Assembly (NCBI GenBank): GCA_002269645.1
Contig: NIVC01000517.1
Span: forward strand, 1-25,055
Length of the DNA: 25,055 bases
Reading direction: 5' to 3'
Source of the DNA: Macrostomum lignano
Lineage: Eukaryota
The notes under the pieces were generated by a model. The model saw only the letters and a list, made by a program, of their open reading frames with translations. It did no database searches and had not been told where the DNA came from. This document shows, one piece after another, positions 1-9,108 of the stretch; positions within the stretch are counted from its first letter, which is position 1; each line of letters opens with the position of its first letter. Made by a program: the position numbers and the translations under genes.

Positions 1-30
1 TTTCTTAATTAAAGACTTGAGTCTGCATAC

Positions 31-1534
31 CTTGCATACGGTGCTCTCCCGTGACCCGATGATGAAGGGAGCTTCAGTTTCAATTGTGACGTAGCTGACT
101 GTGTAGTTGTTGAAGTCGTATGTCGTCAGCTTTGTGCCATTGTCAGTGGGCAAAATCATCTGTTCTACAAGCATAATTATTTCAAAAATATCTTAGTTGT
201 GTCAGTAAATTTCAGATCAAATTAGATTAATTCAACCGTTTTTTTAATTCTGTTATTTTTCAAACTCGATAAGTCCTACCAATGCAAGTGTATCCGTCGC
301 CATAGTAACCAGGGCGACAGGCGCAGAAAATGAGCCGGAGTGTTGCTGCAGATGGCGTTGACGTGACAAGCGAACTGCTGCACTGCGTCAATGTCTAGAA
401 ATAAAAAGTGTTAACTAGGCGATTAGGCACTGGGAAATAAAATAAAAAGATTCGATCAATTGATTCGCACAGCAAAACTCGTTTGTTACTAGTCAAAAAA
501 TACCCACCAGTGTTGCAGTTTGTCCCAGACCAGCCGGCAGGGCAGACGCACTGATACGGTTCACCCCGATCGATGCAGCTGCCTCTAACGCAGGGGTTTG
601 TAGCGCAGTCGTCAATGTCTGCAATATTTAGTAGTATATTTACGTCAGCACTTAGTTACCCTTAACAGTTCGTATTCATTCCCCACTGATATTCATTCCT
701 ACATTCGTCTGTACATTTCTGCTGCCGACCAGTCAATATGAAAGTTACGTGTATTAATTTACGTGCCTATCTCGCAGAGAAATCCATTGTAACCAGGCAC
801 ACACGTGCACTCAAAGTGGTGCTTGTAGTGCGACAGGTGGCTCCATTTTTGCACGGCGCACTGTCGCACAGCTTCGATGGGTCAACGATAATACCATCGC
901 CGTCGTTATTTGTAGCCGTTGTTACCACTTCTGGCGCGCAGGAGTCTGAGCTGTTGTATATACGTCTGAGCCTGTCGGAGCCGTGCATCCGATGGCGCCG
1001 ACCCGCAGTCCAATCAATAGTTGCGCCGTCTGTCGGAGCCGGTGCATCCGATGGCGCCGGACCCGCAGTCCAATCAATAGTTGCGCCGTCTGTCGAGCCG
1101 GTGCATCCGATGGCGCCGGACCCGCAGTCCAATCAATAGTTTGCGCCGTCTGTCGGAGCCGGTGCATCCGATGGCGCCGGACCGCAGTCCAATCAATAGT
1201 TGCGCCGTCTGTCGGAGGCCGGTGCATCCGATGGCGCCGGACCCGCAGTCCAATCAATAGTTGGCCGTCTGTCGGAGCCGGTTCATCCGATGGCGCCGGA
1301 CCGCAGTCCAATCAATAGTTGCGCCGTCTGTCGGAGCCGGTGCATCCGATGGCGCCGGACCCGCAGTCCAATCAATAGTTGCGCGTCTGTCGGAGCCGGT
1401 TCATCCGATGGCGCCGGACCCGCAGTCCAATCAATAGTTGCGCCGTCTGTCTCAAACGGTGAATCAGTTGATGCCGAATCTGTGGATTCTGTCGCTCAGC
1501 TGATATATCGGTAGTATAACTTGAGCTTGTGGCG
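31..1534 (-). CDS. Gene A (partial): MUC4/SUSD2-like membrane mucin paralogue; exons 1534-767 (mucin repeat + EGF), 618-508 (EGF), 394-280 (Ca-binding EGF), 164-31 (start of NIDO region); continues off the left edge
   Basis: Minus-strand translation gives KLCDSAPCKNGATCRTT..., DIDDCATNPCVRGSC...[42 protein letters not shown] and [35 protein letters not shown] (one GC) splice sites fall at the same positions and phases as in gene B. Several 1-bp indels interrupt the frames. Confidence 0.85.
972..1450 (-). repeat. 60-bp coding tandem repeat, ~8 copies, encoding TDGATIDWTAGPAPSD(A/E)PAP (mucin-like region of gene A)
   Basis: Unit ctgtcggagccggtgcatccgatggcgccggacccgcagtccaatcaatagttgcgccgt repeated; lies inside the exon that ends in EGF1. 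Confidence 0.95.
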
Positions 1535-3478
1535 CTGTTCAATTAAAAAAATCGTTGGTAGCTTTTTTATTAACGGATAAGCGAGAAATGACGTAGCGTG
1601 ATAACGTGGTTCAGCTAGATAATGCTAGGAACAGCTGCTTATAGTTGGACTGGCGGTCAATTTGCTTAGCTGAATCCAACAACAACAACAACAATACAAA
1701 TTGTCAGACAGTCAAGCGTAGGAAAATGTTACAGGGCGCATTTCAGGGCCTGAGCGCGAACATAGGCCGGACGGCCGGCAGTGTTCGGGGCGCCGGCATA
1801 ATCCAGCAGCAGTCGATGAAACGCCGTTTCCCTGTATCCCTACGACTGTATCCTAATTGCTGTAGCTGCATCCCTACGGCCCATTAGATGTCTTCTGACT
1901 TGTTTTATTTGTAAGTCAATCTGCTTTCAATAAAGTCAAATTGAGTTGAGAATCTCCATTCACTGCCAGCAGTAGTCTCTGCCATGGATGAATGAGACCG
2001 ACGAAGTGGAAGAATCAAAGCTGCATTCTCCAATAGACAGCAACCCAACCAAGCTTTTTAAAGCTATATTTTTAACGGTTAAAAATCAAGTACAGATATA
2101 GAGAACTTCGAGCCAAGATTATTTTAGCCTCGGAAAGGTCAAGTAATCTTTTAAGGTCTAGTGGCTACTCAGAAAGCGACAATCTCAAAGTTCATGTCTA
2201 CAAGTTTTAGCCTTAAGGCTATGAAATCGAGACCATTCCCGTACAGCAATCCGACCATGGCGACGTCACTGACAAATCTGTACTTTTCATTACATCGACG
2301 GATAACTACGTCATAGGTCGGCTGAATGTCTGTTAGTAACGTCGAATTGATGTACGGGATTGGAGCAGTCTAATAGCATGGAGCAAGGGTTTACATGATA
2401 CGTATTTTTATCAACGGTAGAGTTTGTTCTAAGCTATGACTGGCTGTGAGAGTATTTTCAACTTGTTTTTCAAATAGCATGACAGCCAAAATCAAAAGAA
2501 TAGACTACATGTAGTTGAGCAAGATGCAAAATCAACATCGAGTTGCTACTTACGAAGACATACGCAGAGAGCAAGCGCGACGCCAGTCAGAAAGCAAAAC
2601 GCACGCCTGCGCAGCATTCTAATCGGGTACTAATATAAAAATCGTTCAGTGTGTCGGTATAAAGTTTCTATTTGTAATTGCTTTAGTTTCGGAAACAGGC
2701 TTGTCTATTGTGCTCTGGGCTTGGTAGAAGAAGTCTGCTTTATCTCTATTAAATAGCTAACTGTTAGAGCTCAAAACGTCAGAATTTTTTCTAGTGTTCC
2801 GTTGCCAGAAACAGCTTAGAGTGAAGGCTTATGGCTTCGCCTCTGTCAGGATACAATGGGCTAGCTATGCTTAATACAGTGAGACGTCGGGGAAGAGCTA
2901 GCTGAGAATGCCTCTATAAGCTCTTTTCTTTTCATAAAATTTTGTTACCGCCATGCCACGACTTAGCTATGAAAAGCCATCGTCTGTTACTGCACTGAAT
3001 GAGTGGCTAAAAGTATTCTATTTCTTTTCGAATGTCTTAGATCTTTTTATTTCTAATACTGACAAATCCAACTGGTTGCAGCTGTTTCAATGCTTTTTTC
3101 TTCGCTTATTGTCTATTGTTCCACGGATGGAGCTGTCTGCATTCTGCCAACGACTGGTAGAAACGAAACGGCTTTACCGAAGATTCGTGAAGTTTGTAGG
3201 GCTTCTTCGCCTAGTTTTTATATTCTAATTTCATTTTAGTATAGCATGCAGCAGACAATGCAGAAGGTTTCGAGGTAAACAATATTCTTGAGCAAATTAT
3301 ATTTCACAAAGCACGTGCTCCCAATGTAGTACCAATGCACTGGACCGTAGACTGTAGCTTGACAGGTCTAGACAAAGCTAAATGTGCAACATAAGTCTAT
3401 AGAGGTATTGCAACAAATAGCTGTGACACTATATTACTTCTAAGTGTCATTTAAATTCGATAATTGCAAGTTTGATAT

Positions 3479-4653
3479 TGTAGTGAGCCGCTAGTTTGGT
3501 GTTGGGCGTCGCACTATTGTCAGCAGTTTCCCTCGCCCTCACCCTGGGTTGCTGTCTGCCGCTGGGCAGCCTCCCTTCCCTTTTTCTGCCTGTTCTCTGT
3601 CGCCCCCCTCTTCTCTGCGCTCTTGCTTGCAGCCACGAGCTTCTCTGCTGTGGCCTGCTCTACATTTCGTTCCTGTCCTGAGGTCACGCTGGTGGCCTGT
3701 TTCCCTTGTCATGTGAGCAAGTCCCCTGACAAGTCTTGTTTTCTTGAAGTCCTACAGTGCAGTCTACTGCACTTGCTGGTCCGTGTTTACTAAGGAATCA
3801 CGTGCCCAAGGCCCTTCTCTTCTCTAAGGAAAGGAGTGACTCATGTTTCTAAAAATAGACACTGAGTCACAGCTTGGCGCACTCTGCCCGAGGACCCAAA
3901 GTGACGTCAGTTCTAAAAATAGAACAAAGTCCCGAAGTCTTGTGCGCATTGGGGCAGTGGAGAATCCCAGGCTATAAATACGGACCCCATCATCTTTGGT
4001 TCAGTCAAGGAGGTTCTTAGTTTCAGTGTTTTCCAGTCTAACTCTTAGTCTAGTTCCAGTTCTTTTCTCAGTTTCCGAAGTTTTCTGACAGTTTTATTGT
4101 CCAATCAACTCTCCCTTTATTGGCCTGACTAAACTTAGATGCCCAAGCCTAAAGAAGGCTAATACAGCCTCCCCAACCACCCACTGAGCCCTGCGGGATC
4201 TGCTAACCAGATGCCTTGTTCGTTAATCTTGAAATCTGCACGCTGTGCTGAGTTCTTTGACTTGTTTATTTCGTTCTGACGGGAAGCTCACCTCACCGAA
4301 GGCCGAGACCGGAAGGAACTGGTGGCAGGACTACCTACGCTACGAAGAGGCTCGAGACTTAAGACCTACCAGGCCACCTCGAGACAACCCTGAGACAACC
4401 CTCAGTATTTCAATACATTTTATTTGGTATATTATCGTTTGTATATAGTTAATGAAAGTGATGGGTTCGGCCTTTTTAAGCCTATAGCTTCGGGCCTCAG
4501 AATTCAGAAATGAATCACTTAGAACTCTGGCCTCTCACTCCTGTCAGATGGTCAGCCCCATGGTAGCTGGATTGTGCGCGAGCAGCAAGGTCCTATAGCT
4601 AGGAGAAGACAGCGAGAGACAAGCAGGGAGATAAATAAAGGTAAATATCAACA
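3479..4653 (+). mobile_element. LTR-like, promoter-bearing repeat segment (family not identified)
   Basis: Starts TGTAGTG, has TATAAATA at 3973 followed by a CAGT-rich pyrimidine stretch, AATAAA at ~4634 and ends TCAACA. No TSD or partner LTR found, so boundaries are tentative. Confidence 0.35.
3799..3980 (+). promoter_or_regulatory. Pol II promoter-like module: E-box, AP-1/MEF2/AP-1, CRE/MEF2, TATA
   Basis: CACGTG 3799-3804; TGACTCA 3837-3843; CTAAAAATAG 3849-3858; TGAGTCA 3863-3869; TGACGTCA 3902-3909; CTAAAAATAG 3913-3922; TATAAATA 3973-3980. Confidence 0.5.
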
Positions 4654-4658
4654 TGAAG

Positions 4659-4676
4659 TTATTTATTTATTTATTT
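4659..4676 (-). repeat. (TAAA)n microsatellite at the 3' end of the Penelope-like element
   Basis: ttatttatttatttattt on the + strand, ~115 nt after the ORF stop codon. Confidence 0.7.
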
Positions 4677-4791
4677 GACATCTTCAGGGCGAAGTTTATT
4701 TGAACAAAATTATTGAACGCAAACAGTATATATATAGTGAGTGAAGTACATGTAATTTTGTTGGTTTAAAAACTTGTACATATTAATTAAA

Positions 4792-6299
4792 CTAGAATAT
4801 GCAGAGTTGACGGCTAGCCCCACCCATCGCGAGTTGATTATTTACCATGGGCTGTCTCGTTTTAATGTACAAGGCTTCTAATAGGCAGAGCATGTGATCT
4901 CTATTGCAAAAATCGATAGCCTTAATCATCTTGTGTGGGTCAGCGTCACAACAACTGTTGCAAGTTAGCAGGTGTTCGTTAATGGCAGAGGTTTAGCCAG
5001 TGCTCCCTGACCCTCGTGTACAAGTGTTGTTTAGTCTTTCCAATATAGGAGATGCTCTGTTCCTCAGAGCAAATAAATTTGTACAGGACACCTGCCGCGA
5101 GAGGACAAGGAACACTGAATTTCAGCCTACAGACAAACTTAACAACCTTTTCAGTGCGAAACACAACACGGATTTGAGTGTTTAAGTCTTTACGGAACAG
5201 CTTTTCAATCTTCTTTTTGAACTCGATAGAACATACCCCAAAGAAAGGTAAAGTGATCACGGAACAATCAGAGGTGGATTCACGAACTTTCATCTGAGTA
5301 GGTTCAGTCAGGTTGTCATTGAGAAAAGAGTTAACAATTTTCAACACAATGTTCCTAGGGTAGCCATTGTAGCTGAGCAAGTTGGTGAGGATTTCAACTT
5401 CATTGTGAAAGAGCCTCCAGGAACTGCAAATGGAAAAGGCCCGGTGAAGAAAGCAGCGAACCAATCCAACTTTCCATTGTCTAGGGCACAGGGCATCGAA
5501 CCTGAGCATAAGCCCGGTAAAGCTAGGTTTCCTAAACACACTGGTGGAAATAGTTTCATTGGTGGCATCAATGTCAATGTCTAAGAAAGGAAGTCTCCTG
5601 CCTCCCCTTCCACCGTAAATTTGATATTCTCATGAGTAGAATTGATAATGTTAAAAAACTCATTCTTCTTAGTTTCATCCTCAAAGATCGCAAACGTGTC
5701 ATCCACGTAGCGTTTGTAAAAGTGAGGCGCATACGTGAGGGACATCCAGTCCTTTTCCCAATGAGCCATGCACAAATTAGCGAGGGTTGGGGCGAGAGGG
5801 CTGCCCATGGCACAACCGTCAATCTGTCTGTAATATTTGTCCCGAAAAAGAAAGATGCCGGAATTGTAGCGAATTTGAGCATCTTCTTAAAAGTGGCTTT
5901 CGAGAACGGAGATGGATTGGCTTTTTCATACACAAGATCAGCAGCAAGCTCAATGGTGAATTCAAGAGGGATGTTGGTGAACAGAGAAACAACATCAAAG
6001 CTATAAAGCCTGTCAGTTTGATTAGTCGTGGTGTTGCTGAGGCACTCAATAAACTGTTTATTGGATCCCACACAGTGCTCAGTAGGAATGACAGGTTTAA
6101 TTAAATTGTCAAGGAATTTGGCTAGCTCATACTCCGAAGTGTTGATCATCGAAACAATTGGTCTTAAAGGATGACCATCCTTATGGACTTTGCACAGACC
6201 ATAGAGTTGTCCAGGTTGGCTACCACTTGGGACAATCACCTTAAAGATCTCAGGGCTCACATGCGGCTTGACATAAGTTCTCAAAAAATTCTGAAGAAC
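4792..6299 (-). pseudogene. PLE ORF: reverse transcriptase + C-terminal domain + GIY-YIG endonuclease, split by ~3 frameshifts (~5830, ~5580, ~4995)
   Basis: Motifs: LYGLCKVHKDGHPLRPIVS, SFDVVSLFTNIP, YRQIDGCAMGSPLAPTLANLCM, YKRYVDDTF, FLDIDI, VFRKPSFTG, KVGLVRCFLHRAFSICS, NGYPRN, LYKFIC..SYIGKT..RVREH, SAINEHLLTCNSC, EALYIKTRQPMVNNQ; stop TAG at 4794-4792. Confidence 0.9.
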
Positions 6300-6812
6300 T
6301 TATGCCAATAGCATTGTAGTAGGGCATTATTTTAGGAACGGGAATTATTGTGGGTTCAAATATGCCTTTTGCCTACTATCAGTAGTATCAACCCGGGAAA
6401 TAATTAGAGCGGGGGTAAATCGCTAGTTTTCGGGATCCTTTAGAAGTACAGAGCAGTTGGGCTCTTGGGAAAGCATCCCGTGGCAACCTGTCTTAGAAAC
6501 TCAGCTAAGAATCGGTAAGAAGGGAAAATATTAGGGGGAATAAGGGGAATACTTAAGTTGCACAAGAGGAGTCTTGCCTCTAACTGGGAGTCTTGCCCTA
6601 CGCACAAACGGGGAAACTTAAGATAGGAACTAATGTAAAGACCAATCTTTTGTACGTTAACGTTTTTCTTTTATTAAAACCTTATTAACTGTTGAAATCT
6701 CATTTGGTGTCCTGACTCAATTCTTTAAATCTGAATACCAGAATTAGGGAAAGCAGGAACCTGGTGGCAGCAAATCTACCAAAATCTAAAACCATTAAAT
6801 CCACTAGTATAA

Positions 6813-7178
6813 TCCTTAGCAATAGAAACCAGTAGCTTAACCCGCGAGGTACCACGCGTGTCCACCATCACCAACCTGTCTCGTCACCAACTCACGGTCA
6901 CCGAGCTCAACTGTTTGCAACATGACCTGCGTAACCCGACGCTACTAAAACTCATCAACAAGCTTAAAATCGCTGCTGAAATTGAATCTGGCCTGAGTAA
7001 GTGCCTAAAAACTGACAATTTGCGGGTTGACGGCGCTGTTCCACCCGATAAGCTTAAACACCGTATCATTGCTGAATTTGAAAAGTTTATCTGTAGAGCT
7101 CAAGGATACGTTAACAAGAAAAGCAATAGGCTTATGCACAGCGAGCCACTTTACAAGCAGGGAGAATTTGAAAGGTAG
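6813..7178 (+). pseudogene. Fragment resembling the pre-RT N-terminal region of a PLE ORF, in opposite orientation to the RT/EN part
   Basis: ITNLSRHQLTVTELNCLQHDL...KIAAEIESGL...KLKHRII resembles the NLS...LT..E..(L)..GL motif preceding PLE RTs; no RT follows on this strand. Confidence 0.55.
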
Positions 7179-8320
7179 AGATTAGCTAATCCGCAGATTA
7201 ACTAACCCGCTGCCACCAGTCCGTGCGCCCCGGCTCACCAAACCGGAGCTATCGAAATCGGACTTCCGACTAGAGGGGCACTGCACTTACCTGCCATCTA
7301 GTGTCTTTTAAGCTGTCTATCTCGAAGTCATAGCCGAATAGAAGGGACGCTGCTGGGACTAAGATCGCATTGGCCATGCAGAGACAGAGAGGACTTTTGC
7401 AGGGGGTTCTTGCGCTGGCGAGCCTTCATACACTACTAAATGTACTATTTCATTACCAAATTCCCAGAAGTACATGTAAAAGTACACGTAACTGCACGCT
7501 TTTGGCACTAAATGTGTTAACACGTCGACAGATAGCGATGATGTAGGTGCATTGTCACTTTCGGAGATCGTTAGACTAATATTTAACTTACTTTAGCTGC
7601 TTAACTGCCTGTGACCGCGCCAAAGCGCCAGTCTGGCACTTAATTTGCATGCTTAACATAATGATTTCTTAGATCGACTGATTGACTGGGAACTGTGCCG
7701 CTTCCGGTCCACTGTGACCTTTGCCCCTAGATCTAGCCACTCATCTCAGCTGGCATTGCGAAAAAGAAAGAAAACACTAAGTCTTTAACTTCCAGATTTA
7801 ACTTTCTCACTTAATCCGCAATCCTAAACACTTTAGATTGAGTTAGAGCAAATGGCTACTTTTAATATTAACTGACACTTCTGCCTCGGGATTGGCACAC
7901 AAAAGCAAGTAAGCAAAAGCGCAAATCCTATCAGACTACCTAGGGAGAGGTCAGTCAAAGGGTGCACCCAGTTAAGCAGGCCAAGAAAGCCTCTCACCAA
8001 ACCAATCAGAGGACCTATCTGCCGGTAGCCAAGGAATCCACAGAGACCGAAGCGCTCAGACGGGATGCTGCTGCTGATCTTGACTGACGATTGCCGCCGC
8101 TACTCTTCACTTGCCGAAGGTCGTTGCTGCTTTCGGTTCGCGGCCGGGAAAGACTGGTGACGTCTCCCGAGGGAAAACTTAGCTGCTGAAGCCGAAGCTG
8201 CCGGGGGAAGGGGGCTCAGATGCCGAAGGGGCAGCCGGAACAAGATACCAGCAAGCCCGGAAACACCCGAAGGGTCGGGGAAGCAGCCGGGGTTACTCGA
8301 GCGAGGGTCGAGTTGCCGCC

Positions 8321-8452
8321 TTTTATAGCTCTCACGCGGCCGATTTGTTATAACGCACGCTGAATTTTCCGATTGGCTGAGAGCTTTTGTTAAAATAGGC
8401 GCCGAATTTTCTGATTGGTCGAGCCGGGGGCAGTCAGGTCGACTCCGATTGG
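8321..8452 (-). promoter_or_regulatory. Triple CCAAT box + TATA promoter
   Basis: ATTGG on + at 8372, 8414 and 8448 (AGCCAATCGG / GACCAATCAG / AGCCAATCGG on -); CTATAAAAGG on - at ~8328-8319. Confidence 0.55.
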
Positions 8453-8503
8453 CTGAGCTCAAGACCCCAAAACCCACCCCACCAGGTCAGACACCAGGGA
8501 AGT

Positions 8504-8697
8504 TGACAGGTGCGGTCATAAATCATAAGCAAAACATAATAAGAGTCACTTGTCTAGACATCCTGGCGCCAAAAGTGACAGCAAAACGCCCATAAATCAA
8601 AGGAGAAAGCAACAGAGCGAGTGGGGAGAAAGCTGGAAAGACCTCTTTGACCCCGACAGGCTGGAGCCAAAAGTGACAGCTAGACGGCCATAAATCA
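8504..8697 (-). promoter_or_regulatory. Three composite PBX-HOX + MEIS/PREP-type sites
   Basis: Minus strand TGATTTATGG-N8-CTGTCA (8697-8674), TGATTTATGG-N8-CTGTCA (8599-8576) and TGATTTATGA-N6-CTGTCA (8525-8504). Confidence 0.55.
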
Positions 8698-9108
8698 CCG
8701 AAAACAGTAAAAAAGCCACAAATTTGGGGGTCAGAACGTGGTTGAAAACGTTCCTCCCAGACTTAGTGTCGCCTGTCTAGACTGTTGGAGGTCAATCCGC
8801 CTCAGACCCAGACAGTCTGACCTTCAAAGGTGCGTAAACAATCCAAAATTAGAATCCTAAGAGAAGTACATTGAGTTTCTAACATAACTAATAGTAATGG
8901 CATAAAATAGTATAGAACTTAGCCTAGATGAGAGAATGGAGAGAAATTCCTAAGCTAGCCTACTTACAGTAGGGGAAAAGCGCATCGAAGCAAAATGTGC
9001 GGTTCTAAGATTGAAAAAAGTGCGTCCTCATCAAAAGCTTTAAACTACTGTTATTAAAAAAGAATTTACAGACTTATTAACAAAAACTAAACAAGACTAT
9101 ACGCGTAT

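Larger units (their letters stand above)
4659..6300 (-). mobile_element. Penelope-like retroelement (PLE), 5'-truncated
   Basis: An RT followed by a GIY-YIG endonuclease in one ORF is the diagnostic PLE layout; the 3' UTR ends in (TAAA)n. Confidence 0.9.
7207..8800 (-). mobile_element. Second LTR-like/promoter-bearing non-coding repeat segment (boundaries uncertain)
   Basis: On the minus strand: enhancer-like repeats, 3 CCAAT boxes, TATA, ~1.1 kb non-coding sequence, then TGGTGGCAGCGG (7218-7207), which matches the complement of a tRNA-Leu 3' end. No TG..CA termini or TSD identified. Confidence 0.3.

Noticed and set aside
738-1514. Plus-strand and alternative-frame ORFs over the 60-bp repeat
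   Set aside because: Shadows of the gene A exon, broken up by indels.
1727-2050. Possible solo LTR (TGTTAC start, AATAAA) or GC-rich minus-strand exon (..FIDCCWI.. / ..DYAGAPNTAG..)
   Set aside because: No matching terminus or TSD, and weak splice sites; neither reading can be supported.
4464-4500. Minus-strand ctga-ggcc..ggcc-gaac resembling a hammerhead stem II
   Set aside because: Lacks the NGA of CUGANGA and the full GAAA; no stems I or III found.
8084-8120. CTGACGA ... GAAG as a hammerhead core
   Set aside because: The intervening sequence does not pair and GAAA is missing.
8100-8477. 125-aa minus-strand ORF
   Set aside because: Overlaps the CCAAT/TATA motifs; no ATG start or recognisable domain.
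8965-8975. TACAGTAGGGG as a Tc1/pogo-like terminus
   Set aside because: No inverted partner found in the window.
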